Positions 19,542 to 28,683 of a DNA stretch of 28,780 nucleotides are shown here, piece after piece. The notes under the pieces were generated by a model. The model was not told where the DNA came from. It worked only from the letters and a program-made list of their open reading frames with translations, and searched no databases. Numbering within the stretch: the first letter of the stretch is position 1; each line of letters opens with the position of its first letter. The DNA is taken from positions 1-28,780 of the forward strand of contig JADGIF010000043.1 in the NCBI GenBank assembly GCA_018985225.1, in the 5' to 3' direction. The DNA is from Amoeboradix gromovi X-113. Taxonomy: Eukaryota; Fungi; Sanchytriomycota. Made by a program: the position numbers and the translations under genes.

Positions 19542-21754
19542 ATGTCCCAGATATTAACCATCCTTCAAATATTTGCGACTACGCAGTTGCTAGTATCCAT
19601 TGCTTCATTGCTATTCATCTTTCCGATTATGAATGAGCAATTGCTGATCCCTAGAGTCATTCCAAATATTAGGTACTTTGCATTTGCAGTTGTAGTAAAC
19701 AGTTTATGTATATTAATGATAAACTACAGTAGTGAATACAATTATCTGTTTATATTCAATTGTTGTTCATTAATTATTGCTTCCTCAGTTATTACGAATC
19801 ATCGTAGACAGTATTTTGTGAACTGGATGAATGTTGTTATTGAATTGCTCTTTACAATCACATATGCAACCAGTCTGAAATTGTCTTCTTTCGTTGAGAT
19901 ATTGCAGTTGTTGTTTGTAATAATCCGGTTTTTAACTTCTTTTATTTTTATTCTAATTCTTTTTAGTCGCATTCAGTCTAAATATTACCTGCATTTTAAA
20001 AAGCTACTACCATTTTTGATTCCAAAGACTGATCGTAAAATACAATGCTTGATTCTGTTGTCCCTTGTATTTCTATTATCTGCTAGAGTAGTTAATTTGC
20101 TGCTACCTCTTCAGTATAAACACATCGTTGACTCGCTTACTGGCAACGCACAGTTCTATGTAGAGTATATAGTAGTGTATACGGTAATTAATTTATTACA
20201 AGGCGGCAACGGTTTATTGGCATCGCTTCAAAATATTTCATTCATCCCTGTACGCCAGTTCATATCTAAATCAGTAGGGGTTGCTGCTTTTAGTCATTTA
20301 CACCATTTGTCAATATCATTTCATGTCGGTAGAAAAACCGGCGAAATATTAAGAATTATGGACAGAGGAGTTGGTAGTATTGGAAACATCTTGCAATCCT
20401 TCATATTTAATGTATTGCCTATAATCATAGATATATCCATAGCTATAGGGTATTTTGTAATAGCATTTGATTTATATTTTGGACTAATTTTATTTATAGC
20501 AATGTTTTTATATATTTTGTTTACAATTCTGATTACAGAATGGAGAACCAAGCTACGTAGAGCAATGATTGATGCAGATAACAAGATGTCGCAAATTGCA
20601 GTGGATTCCTTACTTAACTTTGAGACTGTTAAATTGTACAACAATGAAGAATTTGAGACTAATAGATATGGTGAAAGCGTGGATGCATACAATAAACATG
20701 ATTTCAAGAGTTTTTTGAGTTTGAGCATCCTCAACATGGCTCAAAATGCTGTGATATGTTTCTGCACTCTAACCGTAGCATTATATGCAGGATACTTGGT
20801 AAACCATGGAACTATAGGTGTGGGTGACTTTGTAATGCTTATAACGTATTTGCAACAACTTTATCAACCACTGAACTTTTTCGGTACATTTTATAGAATT
20901 GTAGCCCAGAATCTAGTCGATCTTGAGAAACTAATAGACCTAATGGAGCTAGATAACGAAGTGTCCGATGTAAGTGATGCGGAAGTCCTTAGAATTGAAG
21001 GGGGTGAAATCAAGATTAAAGATTTGTCATTCTCATACGATGGTGCTGTAGACGTTTTAAAACACATTAATATGACAATCAAGGCTGGAGAGAGTGTTGC
21101 ATTGGTAGGAAGCAGCGGCGGCGGTAAGTCCACCTTAATCAAAGTATTGTTCAGATTTTATGATGCTAGCAGAGGCTCTGTCTTAATAGATGGACAAGAT
21201 GTACTAAAGGTAAAGCAGAATAGTTTAAGAAGTAGAATCGGAGTAGTACCGCAGGATATTGCTCTGTTTAATGAAACCATTTTGTACAATGTACGTTACT
21301 CAAGGCCATCCGCTACAGATGAGCAGGTCTATGAAGCCTGCAGATTAGCACAGATACATGATAAGATTATAGGATTTCCAATGGGATACCAGACAATAGT
21401 GGGTGAGAGAGGGCTGAGATTGAGTGGAGGAGAGAAACAGCGACTGGCTATTGCAAGAACGTTCCTAAAAGACCCAGCCATAATATTCTATGATGTACTT
21501 TACCCCTAATATAGGAAGCAACTAGTGCACTAGACAGCGAGACGGAAAGACATATACAAGAATCATTCAAAAAATTGGCAGTGGGAAGAACATCATTAAC
21601 AATTGCACATAGATTAAGTACGATAGTTGAGTGTAATAGGATATATGTTTTGAAGAATGGTGAGATTGTAGAAAGTGGAACACATTCGATATTGTTAAAA
21701 AAGAAAGGAGAATACTATAAATTATGGGAAGAACAAAACAAGGAATCTGGTTAA
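19542..21754 (+). CDS. HMT1: ABCB6/HMT1-type half ABC transporter; exons 19542-21494 and 21515-21754 (730 aa)
   Basis: Extra N-terminal TM region, LHHLSISFHVGRKTGEILRIMDRG, DSLLNFETVK, Walker A GSSGGGKST and signature LSGGEKQR. After removing the 20-nt intron: FYD|EATSALDSETE...TIAHRLSTI...GTH...YYKLW, stop TAA 21752-21754. Confidence 0.93.
21495..21514 (+). other. 20-nt spliceosomal intron GTACTTTACCCCTAATATAG
   Basis: GT-AG with a CTAA branch motif. Excision restores the Walker B/D-loop DEATSALD exactly. Confidence 0.93.
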
Positions 21755-21780
21755 ATAAATAGGATTTACTAATCACAACA

Positions 21781-22545
21781 TTAACTAGTTGCGATACGTC
21801 TAGATTTAACCAAGACAGTATCGCTTAGCACATCCTTGAACTGGAACAAACAATCATTGATGGCTAATTTGGTAAGTTTATCCAACACTTTTTCATTTTT
21901 CTCGGCTCTAATGTATATATCGTGAAATAAAAGCTCAAATGCAATTGCCGGGGATTTATACTGTCTCCAAACAGATCCAGGGCATCTGGACAATCCATTT
22001 AATGCCGACTTGATTAACAAGGGGTTTGGAGTTAGAGTAGAGAACTTGGACGCAGCATCGCTCAAAGGAACTATAGGCAAAGTGTTTCTGGTAAGGACCG
22101 GTAATTTATCGGGGTTTAAATTAGAATCCTTCATGCAGCTATACAAACGGAAAAATGAGTCATAACAACCATTAAAACACAGCGCTTTAACAAAAGAGTT
22201 CATATGTATTTCGTTAGGTTGCGGTATTTGCGAGAACATTTTCAACAATCTTTCGTTATTTGAAACAGCTTGTTTATCAGCCAATATCTTAAACATATGA
22301 GTGTATGACTGACTATTCGGCACCAAGTGTCTCTTCTTCATTTTATTAAACATCTTCCATATCTGCGCAGCGCCTTTCCCTTCTTTCCAGGCAGTTTCAA
22401 TCGCCAAGTTCCATAGCGGCGTGGATTCACAATTCTTCATGTTTTCCTGTATCTCCTCAGAACTTGCCTTTTTAGATTGCATCTTAGCAAACAATTTATA
22501 TGGATCATTTTTAATCTTGCTTGCATTTTTGAGCTGTCCCAACAT
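21781..22545 (-). CDS. Pentatricopeptide repeat (PPR) protein, probably mitochondrial
   Basis: WNLAIETAWKEG...WKMFNKMKKRHLVPNSQSYTHMF and PNEIHMNSFVKALCFNG...FRLYSCM PPR motifs. First ATG is at 22545. Confidence 0.8.
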   Translation of the reverse strand: MLGQLKNASKIKNDPYKLFAKMQSKKASSEEIQENMKNCESTPLWNLAIETAWKEGKGAAQIWKMFNKMKKRHLVPNSQSYTHMFKILADKQAVSNNERLLKMFSQIPQPNEIHMNSFVKALCFNGCYDSFFRLYSCMKDSNLNPDKLPVLTRNTLPIVPLSDAASKFSTLTPNPLLIKSALNGLSRCPGSVWRQYKSPAIAFELLFHDIYIRAEKNEKVLDKLTKLAINDCLFQFKDVLSDTVLVKSRRIATS

Positions 22546-22587
22546 CCCCAAGTGTTATCCAGTAAGAAACTTAAACTAAAGTGAAAT

Positions 22588-23823
22588 TTATTCATTTCTT
22601 CTAAAGTACCCTTGCCTGAATTTGAGTATGTCGTTTCCATTGTAAAGCTTGTTCTTTTTTTCGTAATCTTTCTTCTTCTCCATTATGACCATATACCTTG
22701 TCCACTTTCCAAATACTTGTCCTGGAGCATGCAGTAGCTGAAGTGACGGATGCGATGGAATATTTGACTTTTTTCCATCCTCATGCAGCAATGGTAGCCA
22801 ATAAATTAACCTTCCACCAATTTTAAGATGGTTTGCTGCAAAATCTAACAAATCATGTACTATCTCATCTAGTCCATACATCTCTGTATCGGGAAAATTA
22901 TCTACAATCTTACCAAAGTCATCTTTATTATTTGATGTAATCTTTTTAGCACTTGCCCTAATACAGTAGGGTGGATCGCACAAGATGGCATCAAAGAATG
23001 GAACACTGCGAATCGGATGATTTGAAAAATCAAATACTAGGCAACCAAAGTATCTATCCAATAATTTGTATTGCTCGAAATTGCCGTAAATTCCTTGGGA
23101 ATTAGGTTTTGCACCTTTCATTGTGCCCTTAATCTGTCTACCATCTAGATCACTTCCCATGGTAAATGCACCATAATACGACGCGGATAGCAGCATGGAG
23201 CCCGTCCCTACAAACGGGTCATATACAAATGTTCCCGATTTGACCAACCCGCAATTACACATTAAAAGTGAAAGCAACGCATCCATACTTGTAGTTCCAA
23301 TGTAGTGTCTAGTCTTCAGGCTAAATTGGTAAGGTGCACCGTGTTGCGTATCTGAAGTAATTAATCTTCCAAGAAAAACTTGTTTTAATTCTTTATGTAC
23401 ATTATGATATAAACATATGCCAAATTGCTGCTCAAATTGGGTTAAATTTGCCTTTCCCAGTAATCCCATGTTTTTTCCAACCTCAGTAATAATAGCCATT
23501 CTGTCACTAGTATTTCCATGTGAATGAACGGTTATTCTAAAAGAACTGTGAATGTATTCCCTATAGTCAGCCGAGTTCAATTGATCAACAATATCTTTAA
23601 TAGTGGAAGCCTGGTACAGAAATGAATATACAGATTTTATCAAAACTGACCGAAGAAAAGGAGTTTCATCGCCATTAGTGGAAACCACAACAAATGGACA
23701 ATCATCATTAAAATGCAACACTTCGAAAGTTCTATTGTGAAGTTTCATTAATGAATCTAATTCAGGAACTCTAAAATCGACAAAAGATTGGGCGTAGAAA
23801 AGAATAAAAATCCCCTGAGTCAT
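22588..23823 (-). CDS. TRM11: tRNA (guanine10-N2)-methyltransferase
   Basis: DFRVPELDSL, LKTRHYIGTTSMDALLS, YDPFVGTGSML, GSDLD, FDAILCDPPY, GGRLIYWLP. Confidence 0.95.
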   Translation of the reverse strand: MTQGIFILFYAQSFVDFRVPELDSLMKLHNRTFEVLHFNDDCPFVVVSTNGDETPFLRSVLIKSVYSFLYQASTIKDIVDQLNSADYREYIHSSFRITVHSHGNTSDRMAIITEVGKNMGLLGKANLTQFEQQFGICLYHNVHKELKQVFLGRLITSDTQHGAPYQFSLKTRHYIGTTSMDALLSLLMCNCGLVKSGTFVYDPFVGTGSMLLSASYYGAFTMGSDLDGRQIKGTMKGAKPNSQGIYGNFEQYKLLDRYFGCLVFDFSNHPIRSVPFFDAILCDPPYCIRASAKKITSNNKDDFGKIVDNFPDTEMYGLDEIVHDLLDFAANHLKIGGRLIYWLPLLHEDGKKSNIPSHPSLQLLHAPGQVFGKWTRYMVIMEKKKDYEKKNKLYNGNDILKFRQGYFRRNE

Positions 23824-23849
23824 AGAATTTGACTCTGATTTTTGAGAAC

Positions 23850-25112
23850 ATGAGTTATAATGATGTAGAAATGCAGAATGTTGAAGACGCAGCTGAGTTT
23901 ACACTGCCAAAGGAGTTCGAAAATGTAAACAAACGATTCAACCCATCTGAAAATTTGATTAAACCAGAATATGAAGAGCAATACCCTGCAAAAGTTGAAA
24001 AAACGAAAAAAATTACGTTAACGGAGCTCAAAAAACTCTCGAAAAAACCTGAAAATGTCGATTGGGTTGATTGTGATGCTCGAGATCCGTTGTTTTTAGT
24101 AGAATTAAAATCTGCGCTAAACACGGTACCCGTTCCAGCGCATTGGAGTAGTAAGCGCAAGTATTTACAATCTAAACGAGGAATTGAGAAGCTACCTTAT
24201 GAGTTACCTTCATATATCAAAGAAACAAATATTAGTGAACTTAGGCAAGCTGGAAAAGATAAAGAAGATCAGCAAAAATTAAAACAAAAAGTTAGGGCGA
24301 GGTTGCATGGAAAGATTCACAAACTTGAAATGGATTATCAATTACTGCATGATGCTTTCTTTAAGAAACAGGAAAAACCTCAAATGACAAAATATGGTGA
24401 ATGTTTTTATGAGGGCAAAGAATTTGAATTAAAGATTAAGGCTCAAAGAGCAGGAGGCGAGTTATCTGACGAATTAAAGCGTGCTTTAGGCATGGGGCCA
24501 AAGGATCCACCGCCTTTTCTGTACAATATGCAACGATATGGACCACCTCCGAGCTATACACTTCTTAAAATACCAGGTGTTAACTCACCTATTCCAAAGA
24601 ATGCATCTTGGGGCTTCCATGTTGGTGGGTATGGTAAGCCACCAGTTGATTTACATGGCAGAGCATTGTATGGTGATGTGTTTGGACTGGATGAGCACAA
24701 AAAGTCTAAGAGCAAAGACTGGATAAAACCTGAACTGGGATGGGGTGAGATGATAGATGACACTAGAAACGATGATATGGTGATTGATAGCAAACCAATG
24801 GATAAAGAAGTTGACATTATGGAATCTCAATCTGGTAGGGATATAAAAATCAGTCAAATAAGCCAGGAACAGGCTGAGAAGCCGAAGAGGAAAAGACGAG
24901 TTGCTCAAAGTCCAAAAACACAAAAGCCACTCTATACAGTTATCGAAGAAGAAAAGAGAAGTATCGGAGACGACATCATTGGAACAGACAAGGGATTTAA
25001 GTTTGAAAAGGATGCAAAAGATGAAGAAAAACAGAACATCAAGCAAACAGGCTTTTCCAAAAAGAGGCAAAATGATAACAACAAGCAGAGTAGTAAGAAG
25101 TTTAAATATTAA
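23850..25112 (+). CDS. SF3B2: U2 snRNP SF3b subunit 2 (SAP145/Cus1)
   Basis: ELKKLSKKPENVDWVD..ARDP, NTVPVPAHWSSKRKYL..KRGIEK, DYQLLHDAFF, PSP domain PPPFLYNMQRYGPPPSY..LKIPGVNSPIP, WGFHVGGYGKPPVD, terminal KFKY. First ATG is at 23850 (ORF track start 23829 is TTG). Confidence 0.95.
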   Translation: MSYNDVEMQNVEDAAEFTLPKEFENVNKRFNPSENLIKPEYEEQYPAKVEKTKKITLTELKKLSKKPENVDWVDCDARDPLFLVELKSALNTVPVPAHWSSKRKYLQSKRGIEKLPYELPSYIKETNISELRQAGKDKEDQQKLKQKVRARLHGKIHKLEMDYQLLHDAFFKKQEKPQMTKYGECFYEGKEFELKIKAQRAGGELSDELKRALGMGPKDPPPFLYNMQRYGPPPSYTLLKIPGVNSPIPKNASWGFHVGGYGKPPVDLHGRALYGDVFGLDEHKKSKSKDWIKPELGWGEMIDDTRNDDMVIDSKPMDKEVDIMESQSGRDIKISQISQEQAEKPKRKRRVAQSPKTQKPLYTVIEEEKRSIGDDIIGTDKGFKFEKDAKDEEKQNIKQTGFSKKRQNDNNKQSSKKFKY

Positions 25113-25183
25113 TAAAAAATTTTACTTTAAACATTTCAGCACAGTGCCTTTTGAGTGAAATTCTATGCTGACCTTCCCTTCCA

Positions 25184-26516
25184 ATGATAAGCACGTCGCA
25201 GTTGTTTCATAATCGATACCAAATGGAAAATTTATTTTATTCTTATTTTAAATTATTTGATATATGGGAAACCATATTATCAAATATTAACATGGAGAAT
25301 TTGCCATTAGAACCATATAAAAAACAGCGTAACATTGTAGCAAAAGAAACAGATGTAATGTTCAACAAGGTAAAAAGAGAATCAGTTAAATGTCATTCGA
25401 GTGCTAGAAAGATACAAAACACCAAAATCAGGTTCGATTGTGGAGACACTCAGTACAGTGTATCATCTGTATCTCAGTTGGTAATCCCATTATGTAAAGA
25501 CTTTTGTGGAAGTTTTGCAAATTTGAACAACGGAACTTGGAACAGCGGTAACTTGACAATGAAGATTGATGCTGACTATATATATCCTGATAGGCCACAT
25601 TCAAATCAATTAAGTTTTAATTGTTCCTCAAATGGTATCCAGAAAACAAGTGCATCATCATCTGCTTTGACAACTGCAACTCAAGAATTGGAGTTTCTGA
25701 CCCAAAATATTACTGCACAGAACACAGGCAATGGTACTTTTCCAGATCAATGCTGTAGAATACTACCTCAAAACAGCAACACTTCTATAATCAGGGAAAT
25801 TGGTTGTGATTGCCCCGTGGATAGACTTGGTACCACGTGTAGTACGTTCAAAAAGATAGATTGCAAGGTAATAAGGACTGTCCCTGATCTGAACTGTAGA
25901 ATTGGAAGGTGTCCAGTCTTCAAAAACTCGGACTCTGTCAAAATTGATTTTTATGTACAATGTTTCAATTATCCCAGTATCGCAGCTGTAAACAGAACAG
26001 GATTCAACTATTATTCTATATCTCCAAATGTACTCAAAACTAAATTAGCTCGCAATATCTGTAAATCCGTACTTAACGATTGATTTGTCAGCCTGGAATT
26101 TGGTACATATGTCAGATTCAAATAAAATTAGTTCTGTAATCATGGATTCAGACTCCTTGCAAGGATTAGAACCAATATCGTTTGATTTAAATTTGACAAG
26201 CGTGATCAATCAGAAACAGCAAACATATCTAGTAAATGAAGAGATAATTAGATCCAAATACATCTTAAACGGAAATACACTGGTATTTGATATAAGTACA
26301 GTATCAAGTATAGTAAGAGACCTAAATACTATTCCTCAATTCGTACACATAAAACAATCAGTTCTTGATGAAAGCTGGAACTCGAAATATGAAGACAAAT
26401 TATACAAGAGATCAATAGACACTAAGGTATCTATAATTGTAGCATCTGTAATAGTGTTTCTAACACTCTTATATCATTTCATACATTGGATAAAGAGACT
26501 CAGACTGCCAAAGTGA
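25184..26516 (+). CDS. Uncharacterised Cys-rich (EGF-like) single-pass membrane protein; exons 25184-26029 and 26049-26516 (437 aa)
   Basis: Two ORF-track pieces join in frame after removing a 19-nt intron (SPN|LAISVNPYLTIDLSAWN). Contains the EGF-like CDCPVDRLGTTC, many N-x-S/T sites and a C-terminal TM VSIIVASVIVFLTLLYHFIHW with a basic tail. Start uncertain. Confidence 0.7.
26030..26048 (+). other. 19-nt spliceosomal intron GTACTCAAAACTAAATTAG
   Basis: Same GTA...CTAA-NN-YAG layout as the other two introns. Excision fuses ORFs 25184 and 26085 in frame with no stop. Confidence 0.8.
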
Positions 26517-26555
26517 GAAAAACCAGTTTAATAAATTTTTAAAACATTATTCAAA

Positions 26556-27740
26556 ATGTTGCGCAGATGTTATTCTTTCATTAGCCCCCTAATGGGTTTA
26601 AATAAAGACCAGCAGGAAATTTACCACCTGGCACATCAGTTTGGAACAAAAAAATTGAAACCATATATGCAAGAATTAGATGAAAAGCAACAGGATTTAC
26701 CACACGGCGTGTTTAAAGAGGCTGCAGAACTTGGATTTGGTGGCGTATATGTTAGCGAGAAACATGGTGGAACAGGTTTAAATAGAATTAGCGCTTCAAT
26801 AATATTTGAGGCCTTGAGTGAGTCTGATGTGTCTACAACTGCTTACCTGTCAATACATAATATGGTCGCATTTATGGTAGACAGATTTGGGAACAACGAT
26901 CAAAAATCAAGGTATTTAGCAGATTTGTGCTCCATGAAATTATTATCTAGTTACTGTTTAACTGAGCCAGGAAGTGGTTCTGATGCAGCATCACTATCTA
27001 CCTCTGCAGTTGAAAAAGATTCTTATTATTTGTTGAACGGTACTAAAGCATTCATTTCAGGAGCTGGTCAGAGTGATTTATATCTAGTAATGGCTAAATC
27101 CGGAACGAAAGATATAAGCTGCTTTATCGTAGAAAAGGGTACAGAAGGCTTATCTTTCGGTAAGAAAGAGGTCAAGCTTGGCTGGAACAGTCAGCCAACA
27201 CGTTCTGTGATACTTGAGAATTGCAAAGTACCAAAAGAAAATCTTTTGGGCAAAATAGGCCAAGGATTTAAAATAGCTATGCAAGGGCTAGACGGAGGCC
27301 GCCTAAACATAGCGTCGTGTTCCCTTGGTGGAGCAATCGGAAGCTTTAATGATACGATTGAGTACATAAAAAACAGAAAACAGTTTGGAAAAAGAATCAT
27401 TGACTTCCAATATACCCAATTTCAGCTAGCAGAGATGGCAGCAAATTTAAATGCATCTAGACTACTAGTTAGGCATGCAGCACAAGAGTTGGATAACAAG
27501 TCATCAAATGCCACACCACTTTGTGCTAGTGCAAAGATGTTTGCTACAGATAAATGCTTTGATATAGTGAACCAATGGTATGTCCTTAACTAACTCAGTC
27601 TGCAGTTACACGGTGGATATGGGTATTTAAAAGATTATAGAATCCAGCAATATTTGAGAGATTTAAGAGTGCATCAAATATTAGAAGGAACTAATGAAAT
27701 AATGAAATTAATAGCCGGAAGAGAATTCCTTAAAGACTAA
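26556..27740 (+). CDS. ACAD8: Isobutyryl-CoA dehydrogenase; exons 26556-27577 and 27599-27740 (387 aa)
   Basis: [61 protein letters not shown]. After splicing: NQC|[35 protein letters not shown]. Confidence 0.94.
27578..27598 (+). other. 21-nt spliceosomal intron GTATGTCCTTAACTAACTCAG
   Basis: Canonical GTATGT donor, ACTAAC branch site and CAG acceptor. Carries an in-frame TAA; excision restores the [12 protein letters not shown] motif. Confidence 0.93.
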
Positions 27741-27927
27741 ACAATAAACGGCAATTTTTTTAATGCTCTCATTAGAAGTTCTGATTTCTGAGAAAATCGA
27801 GAATATCAACATAGAAACTTGCTAGGCTAATTGCTCCGTTACAGCGGTAGTCCACGTTCCTACTACCCTGAGGTGCCATTGAATAAGGGCTCATATATGT
27901 AGTACCTTACCACTTTGTGTGCAATAT

Positions 27928-28320
27928 GGAACCCAATTTCAGAAATGTCCCACCTCTAAGTCGGAGGACCTCTGGAAGACATGTAAGTCCCATAATATAC
28001 CATTAAACATTTTCTCAATATGAAAAATGCTCTGGCAATATATCTCTTTCAAAATAGCTTGGCTAGCTAGCACTTGAGTATATGCTGCAATATCTACCAA
28101 TAACCATCTTCGTATTCTGTCTTAATGTTTGCGATGTCGTCTTGTTTAGAAACAAGGTAGCATTTGAGTGTCTTTCTTTCTTTTGTCATCTTCACAGTAC
28201 ATCCTTATTCCTAATAAACTTTCGTCTCTGGTGACATGAATTTCTCAGATTCTTAGAGTGGTTTCCAGGGTTCCCACCTACTTGGAAATGAGGACATTTT
28301 GTCAGAACGGGTCTCCTATA
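27928..28320. repeat. Degenerate dispersed repeat R1, copy B
   Basis: Collinear with 1328-1717, with many substitutions and indels. Confidence 0.88.
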
Positions 28321-28518
28321 TCTTTACAACGGTTCTTCTTTCAGACTCTTTACTGGAATAGGGCTAGGGTATTCTCTTCTAATGTATTGCAAATAGATCC
28401 AAATTATTAACATTAGCTAGAGTCTTATGCTTTCCAAGAATGCTATAAAGCGCCGTAAAAAAGAGAACAGAGTCTTGGTGACACATTATATGTGCAAACT
28501 ATCATTTACAAGTATACA

Positions 28519-28561
28519 GAGACCATATGGAAGCGGAGACCATATGGAAGCGGAGAACATA
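28519..28561. repeat. 17-bp tandem duplication (GAGACCATATGGAAGCG x2 plus a partial third unit)
   Basis: Exact units at 28519-28535 and 28536-28552, then partial GAGAACATA. Confidence 0.85.
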
Positions 28562-28683
28562 AACTTGAAAAAAGTGCACTAATATTCATTCCTTGTTGAG
28601 AGTTCTATAAGTTTTAGCAGCTGTTACATCATTTAGAATTACTTCGTAAATCTCCTTTTAAAGTCTTGATTTTCTCACAAGTT

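Noticed and set aside
21507-27593. Stop-codon readthrough, genetic code change or pseudogenisation as the explanation for the truncated ABC and ACAD8 ORFs
   Set aside because: The ABC continuation is in another frame. ACAD8 readthrough would insert 7 residues into a conserved helix. Long genes use TAA/TGA normally. GT-AG excision restores the motifs exactly.
9324-27740. Functional gene cluster
   Set aside because: The genes have unrelated housekeeping functions with no shared pathway.
28519-28561. CRISPR-like repeat
   Set aside because: Simple adjacent tandem duplication with no spacers, in a eukaryotic context.
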